64,000 bases of DNA from contig JAHDKI010000001.1 of assembly GCA_018436925.1 (NCBI GenBank), positions 128,098 through 192,097 on the forward strand, in the 5' to 3' direction. The position numbers were made by a program, and so were the translations under genes. The first letter of the stretch is position 1, and every line of letters begins with the position of its first letter. This document shows positions 9,448 through 19,664 of this stretch, piece after piece. A model generated the notes under the pieces. That model was not told the origin of the DNA and did no database searches. It worked only from the letters and a program-made list of their open reading frames with translations. The DNA comes from Syntrophaceae bacterium. Its GTDB lineage: Bacteria > Desulfobacterota > Syntrophia > Syntrophales > Smithellaceae.

Positions 9448-10611
9448 ATGACAACAACCTCTGAACCTTTCCGGTTCGACTTCGATGTGCCGGTGGACCG
9501 CAAAAACACCGCTTCGGTCAAGTGGGACCGCTACCGGGGCCGGGACATTGTGCCGATGTGGGTGGCGGATATGGATTTTCAGGCGCCGCCGGCCGTCTTG
9601 GCCGCGCTATCCAATCATGTGCAACACGGCGTCTTCGGTTACACCTATCCCCCGCACGAACTAACGGCAACGGTTGTGGACATGCTGAAGGACCGCCACA
9701 ACTGGGCGGTGAAGCCCGAATGGCTTGTCTGGCTGCCGGGTTTGGTGACGGGGATCAACGTCGCCTGCCGGGCGGTCGGAAAGGCCGGCGAAGCGGTGAT
9801 GACCTGCGTGCCCGTCTATCCGCCGTTTCTGTCGGCGCCGGGTTTGGGCGGACGCGAGCTGATTGCCGTGCCGCACGCCGAACAGCGGATGCGCTATGGA
9901 TTTGACTTCGACGCCCTCGAAAAATCCATAACCCCTCAAACGAAACTCTTTTTGCTGTGCAATCCGCAAAACCCAACGGGTCGGGTTTTTTTAAAAGATG
10001 AACTGGCGAAGCTCGCCGACATCTGTCTTCGTTGTGGCGTCGTCATCTGTTCCGATGAAATTCACTGCGGCCTGGTGCTGGATACGGACAAACAGCACAC
10101 ATCGCTTGCCGCGCTGGATGAAGCTCTCGCCGCGCGGACGATCACGCTTTTGGCGCCGAGCAAAACATACAACATTCCCGGTTTGGGCTGCTCTCTGGCC
10201 GTCATCCCCGACAAAGACCTGCGGTCGGCTTTTCGAAAAACGATGGACGGCATCGTGCCGCATGTGAACGCCCTGGGGCTTGTCGCGGCGCTTGCCGCCT
10301 GGCGGGATTCGGAAGACTGGCGGCTGGCGCTTCTGGATTATCTGCGGGAAAACCGGGATCATGTGGAACATTTCATCTCGCAAACCACCGTGTTGAATAT
10401 GTCGCATGTCGAAGCCACCTATCTGGCCTGGATCGACTGCCGCACCCTTCCCGTTGACCAGCCGGCGCGCTTTTTCGAACAGGCGGGAGTCGGGCTTTCC
10501 GACGGCGCCGATTTCGGCGCGCCGGGATTCGTCCGACTGAATTTCGGCTGCTCCCGGGCGTTGCTTGCGGAAGCGATCGAAAGGATCGATCGGGCTGTCA
10601 GCGGTCTTTGA
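9448..10611 (+). CDS. MalY/PatB family PLP-dependent C-S lyase
   Basis: SVKWD, PMWVADMDF, LCNPQNPTGRVF, SDEIH, APSKTYNIPGL, RLNFGC. Confidence 0.9.
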   Translation: MTTTSEPFRFDFDVPVDRKNTASVKWDRYRGRDIVPMWVADMDFQAPPAVLAALSNHVQHGVFGYTYPPHELTATVVDMLKDRHNWAVKPEWLVWLPGLVTGINVACRAVGKAGEAVMTCVPVYPPFLSAPGLGGRELIAVPHAEQRMRYGFDFDALEKSITPQTKLFLLCNPQNPTGRVFLKDELAKLADICLRCGVVICSDEIHCGLVLDTDKQHTSLAALDEALAARTITLLAPSKTYNIPGLGCSLAVIPDKDLRSAFRKTMDGIVPHVNALGLVAALAAWRDSEDWRLALLDYLRENRDHVEHFISQTTVLNMSHVEATYLAWIDCRTLPVDQPARFFEQAGVGLSDGADFGAPGFVRLNFGCSRALLAEAIERIDRAVSGL

Positions 10612-10790
10612 TTATAAGAAAGTGCGCTGTCACCGGCGAGGCCGGCGGCAAGCGGACCATCAAGAATCGAAACCAGGTTCCGGCCGCCGAGTTCATCGGC
10701 ATCTTTCTGTAAACACACCCGCCGCTGAAAATTGCGTCGGTTGGCCTGCGTTTCATGCGCAGGCTCCGGCGGGGTGCTCTCATTTTCGCG

Positions 10791-12740
10791 TCATGGCTTG
10801 ATTCGAATTCCGCTCCAGCCGGAACGGGCCGCGGCGGCGATCCGCCGCCGGAAGAAAAAAAGGGTCGCCGGCAAAATCAAGAACAGTGCCGCAATCGTAC
10901 AAACGGCAGCCAGGCCGTAATGCGCGGCGCCCCAGCCGAAGGCCACAGCCGGTAAAAGAGCATATCGAACACTTGTTCGGAGCGTCCGGTTGTTTTCAAT
11001 CGTACGGGCCAAAGGCGGTGAATAGAGATAATACAAGGCCACCAGTTTTCGGCCCGGCGCGCTGTTCATCAGGCAAGTATCGCGGAATTGCCTCAAGACG
11101 AGCACGTGTTTTTCCTGCGGCGAGCCGTAGGCCGCCGTCGCGATAAAGCATCCGCCGCCGCCTCCCCCGCCTCCGCCTATCGGGATGACCCCGGAGGTCG
11201 TTGTAAACGACCAGGTGTAAGCAGCGGCAAGAGGTTCTCCCTCGGAATCCTGAATATCCGTTGAAAGCGTCGCAACGTATGTTGTGTTGGGGGCAAGCTC
11301 TTCGTCCGGAACAAAAGTCGCTTTTCGGGTGGCCGCGTTATAGCTGACGGTTCCGGAAACCCCCTGTAAGGTGACGGTGGCGCTGTTGATGGTGGCGGCA
11401 TTCATCGCTTCGCTGAATGTTGCTGTCACGGACGTTGCCGTTCCCACGCCGCGCGCGCCATTAAAGGGGGCGACGGTTGTGACGGAAGGCGGCAATCCTT
11501 TTTGCGTGAGCGTAAAGGTTTTACTCGCCACAGTAACGACGGCTGTTCGGGAAAGGGCCTGTGAATTAGCTTGTGCCGCGTAGCGGATGGTTGCGCCGGC
11601 GCTGCCGCTTGACCCGGAGGTGATCGAAAGCCACGACGCATTGCTTGTAGCGTTCCAGTTGCACGTCCCCGTTGCCGCAAGAGCAAGCTCGCCGGTAATT
11701 GCGGTGGCATCGATAGTACGCGTCGCAGGCGTCAGCGCATAGTCGCAATAGCTCATATCCAGCGTCTGAAAATAAAGCGCCTGATACGGCGGCAACTGAC
11801 AATTGTAATTCATCGTCATCCGGATGCGAAACAGGCCCGCAGGGCGTCCGGCCGTTGCGCCCCAGCTGTTGAGCGCGATCCAGTAGTGGTTGTCGGGATT
11901 CGGGTCTTCGTCGTTGTACCCGACAATCAAAACGGCGTGGCCGCCCCCTTCATCTTCATTATAGTTGATGCCGCAGTAGGGATCGTTGATCCACAAGGCG
12001 GACTCGGGGTCGTCGTCCCAGAAGTCGTAAAAATCATACCAGGAAGCGCTGTCGGGCAGAAAATAGCCCAGAAAGACGGCTTTGCCCTGATTCAGAACGT
12101 TTTTGATGTTGAGGATCGCCTGAGCCTGAGAAACCTCCGTTGTCGAAATGGTTTCGACGGCGTCGATCCGCTCGATCAGATAGCGCGGCGTCTTGGTGAC
12201 GGCTTCACACCGCGACGAACTGTAAACATTTCCGGTATAGGCCGCACCCGAATTCGACCACGGGACGGCATACAGAGTCGTGTTATAGAACGCCCGAAGA
12301 TCCGACAGCCACCCGCCTTCGCAGGCATTGGGTTTGAAGCTGTTGCAGACATCCTGAAATTCCACTGAAAGCCGATCCTTCGTTCCGGTTGAGTTATACA
12401 GAGCGATTTCGATAAGTCCCGTTCCGGCCCAGGCCCAGCAATTTCCGCACTGACCCTGGTTGCGTTCGCCGGGGGTGTACTCCAGACGGTCGATCAGATT
12501 GATTGAGGTCGGGGCGAGCACGGCCCGGGCGTCGGAGAGTTGCCGTGTCAACTGCGGGTTCATCGGCGCTTTTTTAGCCGATGCGTATTCGTCGATCCAT
12601 TGCTGAAGCGTTTCCGGATCCGGCTTCATGATCGGATAAGCGGATGTTCTTTGGGCAAAACTTGCCGTGGCGCACAGAAGGCCGGCCAGAAAAAGCGCGG
12701 TTGCAAAAAAGCTTTTAGAGGAAAAAAAGAATCGGGTCAC
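10791..12740 (-). CDS. secreted papain-like C1A peptidase with BACON and Ig-like domains and CFI-box C-terminal domain
   Basis: Signal peptide; [26 protein letters not shown] catalytic motifs; [12 protein letters not shown] (BACON); ATFSEAMN...WSFTT (Ig-like); poly-Gly then [10 protein letters not shown]...LRQFRD...YYLYSPPLA and TM tail. Confidence 0.85.
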   Translation of the reverse strand: MTRFFFSSKSFFATALFLAGLLCATASFAQRTSAYPIMKPDPETLQQWIDEYASAKKAPMNPQLTRQLSDARAVLAPTSINLIDRLEYTPGERNQGQCGNCWAWAGTGLIEIALYNSTGTKDRLSVEFQDVCNSFKPNACEGGWLSDLRAFYNTTLYAVPWSNSGAAYTGNVYSSSRCEAVTKTPRYLIERIDAVETISTTEVSQAQAILNIKNVLNQGKAVFLGYFLPDSASWYDFYDFWDDDPESALWINDPYCGINYNEDEGGGHAVLIVGYNDEDPNPDNHYWIALNSWGATAGRPAGLFRIRMTMNYNCQLPPYQALYFQTLDMSYCDYALTPATRTIDATAITGELALAATGTCNWNATSNASWLSITSGSSGSAGATIRYAAQANSQALSRTAVVTVASKTFTLTQKGLPPSVTTVAPFNGARGVGTATSVTATFSEAMNAATINSATVTLQGVSGTVSYNAATRKATFVPDEELAPNTTYVATLSTDIQDSEGEPLAAAYTWSFTTTSGVIPIGGGGGGGGGCFIATAAYGSPQEKHVLVLRQFRDTCLMNSAPGRKLVALYYLYSPPLARTIENNRTLRTSVRYALLPAVAFGWGAAHYGLAAVCTIAALFLILPATLFFFRRRIAAAARSGWSGIRIKP

Positions 12741-12750
12741 AAGGCCTGTC

Positions 12751-13185
12751 CTACTTTTGAGATTTCAGAGTTGGAAAGTCGAATAAAACGGGCGTACAGG
12801 TTCCCTTTTTGATCACAAGGACGCTGCCCGGAAGCACTTTGCCGACGCTAAGTTCATGGGTTTTAAGAAAGGTTTCATCCGGATGCCGGAAAGACTCATC
12901 GTAAAGTGAAAAAGTCCGTCCGTCGAGCTTTACAAAACGCTCTTCAATCGTTTCCGAAGATTCAAAGGAGAATCGCACATCAAACCGTGCGCTTTGATTC
13001 CGGTTGTCCTGCGGCGCCTTCGAGATGGACACGATCGTCGCCCGCCCGGCATAGGTTTTGTAACTGCAAGCTCCGCCGACGGCTCTGCCGTCTCCGGATG
13101 CGGCCCAACCGCAGGCCAGAAGAAGGAAAAGTCCACAAAGGGTGAAGATGGAAAGAAAAACGGTTTTACAGGAGAATCGATTCAT
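12751..13185 (-). CDS. hypothetical exported protein
   Basis: ATG 13185, hydrophobic N-terminus, paired Cys (VGGACSY, GTCTPV). Confidence 0.6.
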   Translation of the reverse strand: MNRFSCKTVFLSIFTLCGLFLLLACGWAASGDGRAVGGACSYKTYAGRATIVSISKAPQDNRNQSARFDVRFSFESSETIEERFVKLDGRTFSLYDESFRHPDETFLKTHELSVGKVLPGSVLVIKKGTCTPVLFDFPTLKSQK

Positions 13186-13467
13186 GTTTTGAACAATGCA
13201 TCCGGAGCAAGTGATTTGACATTTAACCATAGCGTTCATTTCATCGGCAAATACTAAGGCAAACTTGAGGACTTTTTGTTCTTGCCGGCCGGTGTGGACA
13301 GATGATACAAATGCCTGGATTCCGAAATTATTTGCTTGTTCTGTCCTGCGGTCGGCAGGTTTTTTATGAGCCGGGCCGTGGGCCATTTTGCACTGTCGAC
13401 GTTTTATAACGTTCTTTTGCCCAGGACGTGATGATTAAAAAATACAGGGTTTCCGAAAGGAGTATTG

Positions 13468-14223
13468 ATGCCGGACTTTTTATTGCCGTTGATCGTGATC
13501 TTTATTGTCACTCCGATGGTGATCGGCCCTTTTGTGGTTAAATTCACCCACTGGATTTCGGCAAGGGCCGTGATTGAGCCCATCTTGCCCGAGGCGCTTA
13601 CCGACAAGACAAAAACATTCATCGACCAGTCAAAAGCTGAACTGGACGCCTTGGGTTTTCAGTTTGCCGGCTATCTGCGCATGGCGGGCTATATGCCGAA
13701 GATGACCTGTTATTTCGGACTGTTCAGGCACGACGCCGGCAAATCGGCGGCTATGGCGGCTGTGATTGAGCATGCATCCGGCCGTAGGCTTGAATATTGC
13801 GAATTCAGCACCACCTATTCCAACGGACGCATCATCGATGTCAACAATTCGCCCGAAATCGGCGGATATGATATCCCCGACAAAGTCATGTACCGCTATC
13901 CGAACGTGCCATCAATCAGAAAACTTTTTGAAATCAACCAGTGGGTGACCACGCGCGATACTAAAAAATCCGTTCCTGTCGGGCTTGCGGCCGGCCGGGA
14001 AGCGGACATGGTCGCCCAGGCGCTCGAGAAGGAAGCTGCGATTCAGGCCAAACGGGGATTTTACGTTCTGGACGAAAGCCGGACGCGATACAGGCTTACC
14101 TGGAAAGGCGCGTTTATGATGACTGAAAGGCAAGTGTTCCCCTTTAAGCAGATTATTACGTTTAACGATCGGCGGGCTGCAAAAAAAGCGGCAGCCGGCA
14201 TGCCGGCGACCTCTGCCTTGTAA
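13468..14223 (+). CDS. hypothetical protein with N-terminal membrane anchor
   Basis: About 251 aa ORF, AGGAG RBS, N-terminal hydrophobic helix. Confidence 0.7.
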   Translation: MPDFLLPLIVIFIVTPMVIGPFVVKFTHWISARAVIEPILPEALTDKTKTFIDQSKAELDALGFQFAGYLRMAGYMPKMTCYFGLFRHDAGKSAAMAAVIEHASGRRLEYCEFSTTYSNGRIIDVNNSPEIGGYDIPDKVMYRYPNVPSIRKLFEINQWVTTRDTKKSVPVGLAAGREADMVAQALEKEAAIQAKRGFYVLDESRTRYRLTWKGAFMMTERQVFPFKQIITFNDRRAAKKAAAGMPATSAL

Positions 14224-14379
14224 ATCGCTGCCGTTTAGTTTCATTTCTGTTAAGGGATGCGCTTTGCTCGGAAAATGATGTCACCATTTCAGGGAAAAAT
14301 TAAGCATGGAAATCCTGATCAATCTTGTATATTCAATTTCCTCGTAAGAGGATAAATCCAACGGACGAAGGAAATCTCA

Positions 14380-15444
14380 ATGAGCAGGTACTGGACTGAG
14401 AAAGTCAAAAACATCAAGCCCTACGTGCCGGGCGAACAGCCTAAAGACCGCGCGTATGTCAAACTCAACACCAACGAGAATCCGTATCCTCCGTCGCCGA
14501 AAGTGCAAGACGCGATCCGGAGCGCAACCGATGAAACGCTGCGGCTGTATCCCGATCCGGAAAGCGGCGCGCTCTGTGAGTCGATTGCCGCGCATTTCGG
14601 CCTGAAAAAAAAGAATGTTTTTATCGGCAACGGCTCCGACGAGCTTTTGGCTTTTTGCTTTCCGGCTTTTTTTGAACCGGCGGGCAAGCCCATTCTTTTT
14701 GCCGAAATCACCTACAGCTTCTATCCGGTTTATGCCGATTTTTTCGGCGTTGCTTACCGGTTGATTCCCGTCGATGAAAATTTCAATGTGTCGGTCGACG
14801 GCTATTTTTCGGAAAACGGCGGCATCCTGGTTGCCAACCCCAACGCGCCCACCGGAAAAGGTCTGACTTTGGAAATCGTTGAAACGATCGTCGGGCGCAA
14901 TCCCGAGAGCGTGGTGATTCTGGATGAGGCCTATATCGATTTCGGCGGGACGACCGCGGCGGGCCTGATTCCGCGTTATCCGAATCTGCTGGTCGTCCGG
15001 ACGCTTTCCAAATCCTATTCGCTGGCCGGTTTACGGGTGGGGTTTGCACTGGGGCATGAAGATCTGATTGAAGGCCTTGCCCGGGTGCGGGATTCCATCA
15101 ACTCCTATACTGTGGACCGTCTGGCGCAGGCCGGCGCCCGCGCCGCCCTCGAAGACGACGCCTATTTTCAGGAAACACGGTCAAAGATCGTCAAGACGCG
15201 CGACCGCGTGTCGCAGGCGCTGACGTCGCAGGGGTTTCGTGTGATTCCGTCCGATGCCAATTTTGTTTTTATCAGCCACCCATCAATGCCCGCCCGCTCG
15301 CTCTTTGCCGGTCTGCGGGAAAAGGGCGTACTGGTGCGCTATTTCGATAAGCCAAAGATTGATCAGTACCTTCGGGTGACGATCGGAACCGACGACGACA
15401 TGGACCGCTTTCTGAAAGCGGTGGAAGAGATTTGCCGGTCTTGA
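14380..15444 (+). CDS. hisC: histidinol-phosphate aminotransferase
   Basis: PYVPGEQP, KLNTNENPYPPSP, GNGSDE, NPNAPTG, DEAYIDFGG, RTLSKSYSLAGLRVG. Confidence 0.95.
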   Translation: MSRYWTEKVKNIKPYVPGEQPKDRAYVKLNTNENPYPPSPKVQDAIRSATDETLRLYPDPESGALCESIAAHFGLKKKNVFIGNGSDELLAFCFPAFFEPAGKPILFAEITYSFYPVYADFFGVAYRLIPVDENFNVSVDGYFSENGGILVANPNAPTGKGLTLEIVETIVGRNPESVVILDEAYIDFGGTTAAGLIPRYPNLLVVRTLSKSYSLAGLRVGFALGHEDLIEGLARVRDSINSYTVDRLAQAGARAALEDDAYFQETRSKIVKTRDRVSQALTSQGFRVIPSDANFVFISHPSMPARSLFAGLREKGVLVRYFDKPKIDQYLRVTIGTDDDMDRFLKAVEEICRS

Positions 15445-15457
15445 GATGAAAAAATTC

Positions 15458-15482
15458 GGGCGGGCTCCTTGCGGGCCCGCCC
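15458..15482. terminator. hairpin between convergent genes
   Basis: GGGCGGGCTC-CTTGC-GGGCCCGCCC flanked by A- and T-rich tracts. Confidence 0.6.
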
Positions 15483-15491
15483 ACGGTTTTA

Positions 15492-17117
15492 CTACTCGAT
15501 GCCTTCCCGGTCCAGAATCAGCCGCGCCGCCCGCCAGCCGTTGAGCTGGCAGGAGCCGACACCGTGCCACGCCTGCGTCCAGTTGCTGGCGATAAACACG
15601 TTTTCAATCGGCGTGGTATTGGGAATTTTCTGCCACTGATCCGGCGTCAGGTTGAATCCGTAAACCACGCCGCCCTTGTTGAGCGTGTAGCGTTCAATCG
15701 TGCGGGGCGTGAAGCCTTCCTTGACTTCAATGTTCTTCGGGTCCGCCAGTTCGGGGATGACCTTGGCCGCAAGGGATATGAGCTCGTCGACTTTCTGCTG
15801 TTTGAGCTTGAGATACGCCGCCCGGTCCTCCGGCCAGAACCCGATATCGGCGTAGGCGTCTAGTTTGACCACGGATTTGCCGGCGGGCGCGTAGACCGGA
15901 TCGCCCAGGTTCGTATAGAGGGTCATGGCCACCGCGCCGTTTGCATAATCTCCCTTCATCATCGCGTCATAATTCTTCACACTGTCGAGATGCGTATTAT
16001 AGAAGATCTCGGTATCTTTATAGCCCAGGGCCGCGAGATCGATGTTCAGTCCCAGATACACGCCGAAAAGCGAATTGGCCGGTTTCAGCGATTCGAGCTT
16101 TTCAATATAGGCGGCAGGCAGGTTTTCTTTGCCGATCAGCTTGTAGGACAGCTGGTACGGATCCGTATTGGCGACGATATAGCGGGCGGTGTAGGTCTGC
16201 CCTTTTGCCGTCGCCACACCGGTGGCGCGGCCGTCTTGAAGCAGGATTTTCGTCACGAGCGTGCCGGTCTTGACCTCGCCCCCCAGTTCGCGGATGCGCT
16301 GGGCGTACCCGTCGGAAAGCGCCTGCGAGGTGCCTTTGATATGCCAAGTGCCGTCGCTTAAGTAGCTTTCAGTTGCCGCCATGAAAATCAGCGCCGATTC
16401 TTCCGGCACCGGCGCGCCGTAGTACACCCACAATTGAGAGACCACCGCCTTGAGCGCCTCGTCTTTGAAGCAATAATCCATCAGGTCTTTCACGGTGCGG
16501 TCTTTCCAGGTGAAGAAAGTCCGCTGGCGCAGCGGCACCAGAACCTGGGTCAGCGCGGCGCGAACCTTCCCGTAGCGGAAAAGATCGCGGAGTTCGAGCA
16601 TGTCGTTAAACAAATCGGCGCACAGAACGTGAAACTTGTCGATGCCTTCGGCTTCGGCCGGCCATTTCTTTTTGAGTTCCTCCTTGAAGCCCGGCCAGTT
16701 CGGCGGCAAGGTGATGTCCACGCCTGGGAAGACGGCCCGGTAGAAATGCGGCACTTCGTAAATCTCTACTTTTTTATCCACACCGGTGAGTTTCAGCAGG
16801 CGGTACAGACCGCGATCATTCTTGCCCGGTCCGCCGCCGGCCATTTCATGCAAGGCTGTGTCAAAGACAAAGTCCCCGCGGCGGAATTTAGAGGTGCTGC
16901 CCCCGACCACGAAATGCTTTTCCAGGACCAGGACTTTCTGCCCCTTTACGGCCAGGTGAGCGGCGGCGGACAGTCCCGCCATTCCTGCGCCGATGACAAT
17001 CACATCATAGTCGGTCTCCGGTGAGGTTTTGGCCGCATTAGCGGCGGGAGAAATCCAGATCAGGGCGATAAAAACAATCAACGAAACGATTTTCACGACG
17101 GCAGGTTTTGGGTTCAT
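15492..17117 (-). CDS. FAD-dependent oxidoreductase, phytoene desaturase/retinol saturase-like family
   Basis: DVIVIGAGMAGL Rossmann motif, EKHFVVGG, FRRGDFVFD, TPRTIERYT...GVVYG; start after AGGGAGG. Confidence 0.85.
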   Translation of the reverse strand: MNPKPAVVKIVSLIVFIALIWISPAANAAKTSPETDYDVIVIGAGMAGLSAAAHLAVKGQKVLVLEKHFVVGGSTSKFRRGDFVFDTALHEMAGGGPGKNDRGLYRLLKLTGVDKKVEIYEVPHFYRAVFPGVDITLPPNWPGFKEELKKKWPAEAEGIDKFHVLCADLFNDMLELRDLFRYGKVRAALTQVLVPLRQRTFFTWKDRTVKDLMDYCFKDEALKAVVSQLWVYYGAPVPEESALIFMAATESYLSDGTWHIKGTSQALSDGYAQRIRELGGEVKTGTLVTKILLQDGRATGVATAKGQTYTARYIVANTDPYQLSYKLIGKENLPAAYIEKLESLKPANSLFGVYLGLNIDLAALGYKDTEIFYNTHLDSVKNYDAMMKGDYANGAVAMTLYTNLGDPVYAPAGKSVVKLDAYADIGFWPEDRAAYLKLKQQKVDELISLAAKVIPELADPKNIEVKEGFTPRTIERYTLNKGGVVYGFNLTPDQWQKIPNTTPIENVFIASNWTQAWHGVGSCQLNGWRAARLILDREGIE

Positions 17118-17236
17118 CGGACACCTCCCTTGAGAAAGAATTTGAGGGCATCGTCCCACCAACGTAACCGGTTGTCAAGCAGTTGAAAGAAGGGCAGGCA
17201 AGACGAATTGCCGGGTTCAGATCCGGCCGGCGCCAT

Positions 17237-17269
17237 AAAAAAGCCCCCGGAAGCACGGGCTCCGGGGGC
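17237..17269 (-). terminator. intrinsic terminator after lipoprotein gene
   Basis: GCCCCCGGA...TCCGGGGGC stem with T6 tail on minus strand. Confidence 0.7.
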
Positions 17270-17327
17270 GCAGTTTCTTTGTCAGACCGAGTCAACACCG
17301 GTCTGATGCGGCATTTATCAGCAACGC

Positions 17328-17657
17328 TTATTCCGTTACTTTTTTCTCCACCTTGTCGGCGGCGCTCTTTACGGCGTCGGTTGTTTTTTCCACACCTTTG
17401 TCCAGCGTGTCTTTGGCCGCCTCGGCGCCTTCCTCGATCTTCTTGCCGGCTTCGTCAACGGCTTCGCCGACAGCGTCCTTGGTTGCTTCAGCGCCTTCGC
17501 TGACGGCTTCCGTCGTCTGCTCGATGGCTTCATCAGCCGCTTTGCCGGCTTCTTCCAACGCGCCTTCTTTTTCGCAGGCGGTCAGGCCGACGAGAAGAAT
17601 GCAAATAGCCAGAATGGAAACAATGCCCTTCAAAAATGAAAACACAAAACTTTTCAT
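17328..17657 (-). CDS. small lipoprotein with 11-residue amphipathic repeats
   Basis: Lipobox LTAC; EEAGKAADEAI/EQTTEAVSEGA/EATKDAVGEAV/DEAGKKIEEGA/EAAKDTLDKGV/EKTTDAVKSAA. Confidence 0.8.
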   Translation of the reverse strand: MKSFVFSFLKGIVSILAICILLVGLTACEKEGALEEAGKAADEAIEQTTEAVSEGAEATKDAVGEAVDEAGKKIEEGAEAAKDTLDKGVEKTTDAVKSAADKVEKKVTE

Positions 17658-17760
17658 AATCCCCCTCCTGTTTTCTGAATTTGATAGTGCGGCCCTTGGC
17701 CTGAAGTTTGCCTATCAGGTTCGCTTTTAAAAATCAAGCCGCGAAAGACGTTTTCCGGGG

Positions 17761-18750
17761 TTACGGGGTACGCGGATGGATGTCGTCAAAAAAGGCGTTG
17801 ACGGCATCGTGATAGCGATCCATGTGGCGCGCTTTTTTGATCCGTTTGCGAAGCCGATCGCTCATTTCAAGAAATCCTCCCAGATACGTCCAGACCTCTT
17901 TCATCTTATTGAGAAGGTGCGACGGGCCCGAAAGCCTTTTTGCATAGCAGGCAAGCAGGTCGTTATGAAAAGCGAAAAGAACGCGGACTTTTTCTTCATA
18001 AGGACGGCTTAGACCGAATTGAATGGCTTCGGCCAGAAAGGGATCGGAAAGAAGTCCCCGGCCGATCATGAAGCGGGTCACCGACGGAAAACGGCTGCGC
18101 AGTTTTCGAAACGTGTCGGGCGAAGCGATGTCTCCGTTATAGACAACAGGGTGTTTTGAGAGATTCAGGCATTGTTCGAACCGGTCAAGGTCGACATTGC
18201 CTTCATACATCTGCGCGCCGGTTCGGGGATGAATGATGAGTTCCGCCAGCGGGTAACGGTTCAAAATCGGCATCAATTCGAAAATATCGTCCGGGTCTTT
18301 CAAGCCCAGCCGAAGCTTGATCGACAGTCGCGGTTTGACGGCGGACATCGCCCGATCCAGAAAAGCGTCGATCCGTTCGGGATGGCACAGCATGCCCGCG
18401 CCCCTTCCTTTTTTGACGACCATAGGAAAAGGACAGCCGAGATTCCAATTCACCGATTCATATCCCAGATCAAACAAGAAGTTGGCGAGCACGGCGAAAT
18501 CGTCGGGGCGCGAACTCATGATCTGCGGGATGGAGGGGATGCCCGTGTTGTGGTCCGGGTGGAATTCAGCAAAAAGGCTTTTAGCCGATCGCATTTTCGG
18601 GGAGGATGAAATAAACGGCGTGACGGCCAGATCGACCCCCTTGAAATGAAGCGGATACAGATTGCGGAAAATCCGGTCGGTCATGCCCTGCAGGGGGGCG
18701 AGATAAATCGTGACGCCCGCAGAGGGTATTATTTCGCAAGACTTTTCCAT
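17761..18750 (-). CDS. tRNA-dihydrouridine synthase family protein
   Basis: LAPLQGMTD, NWNLGCPFPMV, IIHPRT, VVYNGDI, MIGRG; start position uncertain. Confidence 0.85.
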   Translation of the reverse strand: MEKSCEIIPSAGVTIYLAPLQGMTDRIFRNLYPLHFKGVDLAVTPFISSSPKMRSAKSLFAEFHPDHNTGIPSIPQIMSSRPDDFAVLANFLFDLGYESVNWNLGCPFPMVVKKGRGAGMLCHPERIDAFLDRAMSAVKPRLSIKLRLGLKDPDDIFELMPILNRYPLAELIIHPRTGAQMYEGNVDLDRFEQCLNLSKHPVVYNGDIASPDTFRKLRSRFPSVTRFMIGRGLLSDPFLAEAIQFGLSRPYEEKVRVLFAFHNDLLACYAKRLSGPSHLLNKMKEVWTYLGGFLEMSDRLRKRIKKARHMDRYHDAVNAFFDDIHPRTP

Positions 18751-18947
18751 ACCGCGTTGCTTGTTTACGATGAGGACGGATTTGTCAAGAGGTTCTTCGC
18801 CTGCAGATCGACGATGCTCGGATAAAGAAGACGGGTCAAAAGGTAAGGATGATCGAAATACGTTTTCCCCGGTATAAACATGCACGCACGACCAGAAGTA
18901 AGCGTAATGAAGTCAACATCAACCGGGTGAAGATCTGCGATTGATTT

Positions 18948-19640
18948 TTAAAACTGGACCTTGGTGATGATGGGCGCCAGGAATGTTTTGGCCTTCCAGT
19001 ATTCGCAGTCCGTCGGCGGATCGACGCGGCAGATTTCAAAGGCGATGCTCTCGTCTTGAAATCCTGCCTCGTGAAGCGCTTGTCGATGCGCAGAACTGAA
19101 TGACTCGGCCTCGTCGGAATAGTAAGTGAACACGCCGCCTTCTTTCAGCAATCGGCAGGCCTGTTTAAAAAACCAATAATGCTGGCAGTGAACCTCGTCG
19201 AGCGTCATGGGATAGGTGTCGAACAAAATGCCGTCGAAAGATTCGTCGGCCAGATGAGCGACAACATCCTGCCAGAAGCCCTCATAGACGATGGTTTCAA
19301 GTCTTGCGGTCCGGGCGAAGCGCAGAGCGTTTTGATAAACATCCCGGTTGGCTTCGATAATGACGTGTTTTGTGATGACCCCCTGCTGAATAAACGCCGC
19401 CGAAAGGCCCAGGCCGAAACCCACTTCCAGCACGCTGCCGCCCCGGGAGGTCGCGATGCGCGCAAGCGAGCGCATATAGGGTTCTTCCCAGCGTTCCATG
19501 ACGGGATGTCCGAGAATTTTAAGAAGCCCCGCCGTATTGTCGAACTCTGCGGGGCTTTCGCGCCACAGGTTTCGATCGGCAGGGAAACCGATTTCTCGCC
19601 GCGAGTTGAGCGTTTCCCGGTACCGGCTGTCTGTCATCAT
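18948..19640 (-). CDS. class I SAM methyltransferase, guanidinoacetate N-methyltransferase/RMT2-like
   Basis: LKILGHPVMERWEEPYM, GGSVLEVGFG, HVIIEAN, GFWQDV, FDGILFDTYP, PPTDCEYW. Confidence 0.85.
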   Translation of the reverse strand: MMTDSRYRETLNSRREIGFPADRNLWRESPAEFDNTAGLLKILGHPVMERWEEPYMRSLARIATSRGGSVLEVGFGLGLSAAFIQQGVITKHVIIEANRDVYQNALRFARTARLETIVYEGFWQDVVAHLADESFDGILFDTYPMTLDEVHCQHYWFFKQACRLLKEGGVFTYYSDEAESFSSAHRQALHEAGFQDESIAFEICRVDPPTDCEYWKAKTFLAPIITKVQF

Positions 19641-19664
19641 CAGCGCTCCCAATAGATAATCTTT

